The position numbers and the translations under genes are program-made. 64,000 nucleotides of DNA from Octopus sinensis (Eukaryota): assembly GCF_006345805.1 (NCBI RefSeq), contig NW_021834602.1, positions 2,692-66,691 of the forward strand, read 5' to 3'. How positions within the stretch are numbered: position 1 is the first letter of the stretch; every line of letters starts with the position of its first letter. This document shows positions 63,385-64,000 of this stretch, piece by piece. The notes under the pieces are model-generated. The model did not search any database. It saw only the letters and a program-made list of their open reading frames with translations, and was not told the origin of the DNA.

Positions 63385-63660
63385 GTATTCGTGTGTGGGT
63401 GTGAGTGAGTGTTTGTATCTCTGTGCATGCGAGTACATATATATAAAGATGAGAATGTGTGTCTGTCTGTGTGAATCCCTAAAACTTGAGAACTACGCAC
63501 CCAATTTCATTCAAATTTTACACGTGCCTTACTTAGGGTGCATGTAGTGTCATAGGTGCCAAAACATTTTAACTTCTTGTCTAGTGCGAGCCCAGAGTAA
63601 TATCATATCTCCTCCAATATTTCAGTATTACGTGTCAAATAACATCTTTCTTATTTTAAT
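63385..63660 (+). mobile_element. Possible Helitron/DINE-like non-autonomous element 5' part
   Basis: atatataaagatgagaatgtgtgtctgtctg...ccaatttcattcaaattttacac resembles HINE/DINE 5' ends. Confidence 0.35.
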
Positions 63661-63751
63661 GTCAGATACTTTCACTTCAGTAGTTTCACTTTAATACTGA
63701 AACTATTACAGTGAAACTATTATCTCACATATATACAGGCATACATACAAT

Positions 63752-63786
<35 letters not shown>

Positions 63787-63825
63787 TTATATATACATGT
63801 ATATATATATATGTATATACATGTT

Positions 63826-63867
<42 letters not shown>

Positions 63868-64000
63868 AATATTTATATATACATGTTTATATATGATATA
63901 TATATATACATGTATGTATATATAGATGTATATGTATAATGTATATGTGTAGATGTGTGTGCATATATATACATGAAATATGTACAATATATACACCCAT

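Noticed and set aside
981-63547. Most supplied ORFs (YIYI, HTHT, VCVC, YVCM, LSIY, poly-V/M/L)
   Set aside because: They are translations of stop-free microsatellites or of SINE sequence.

Overview
AT-rich eukaryotic DNA dominated by microsatellites ((TA)n, (TACA)n, (GATA)n, trinucleotides), tRNA-headed SINEs and decayed transposons. The repeat landscape looks like a cephalopod (Octopus-like) genome; this is my recognition, not a database result. No host gene can be confidently called, and almost every supplied ORF is a microsatellite translation. Real protein remnants are two Tc1 and two mariner transposases, a hAT (SPIN/Buster-like) element with TIRs and TSD, a Merlin fragment, a LINE RT fragment, R4/Dong-like RLE retrotransposon ends in (TAA)n, and a Penelope-like GIY-YIG element. 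The main result is a hidden system of type I hammerhead ribozymes (HHRs). A 14-unit, ~600-bp tandem array (4151-12804) has an HHR on the minus strand of each unit: core CUGAAGA...GAAA, a 76-nt stem II, a palindromic GUAC stem III loop and a GUC cleavage site. At least four other distinct HHR families (706-767, 28057-28130, 29553-29594, 56419-56545) and several vestiges also occur. Nearly all of these elements end 3' against a (TA)n tract, and several have an inverted 5' segment. This suggests (TA)n-targeted, Penelope-mobilised retrozyme-like elements. Some features (garbled segments, near-perfect fold-backs, homopolymer indels) may be long-read assembly artefacts and need read-level checks.
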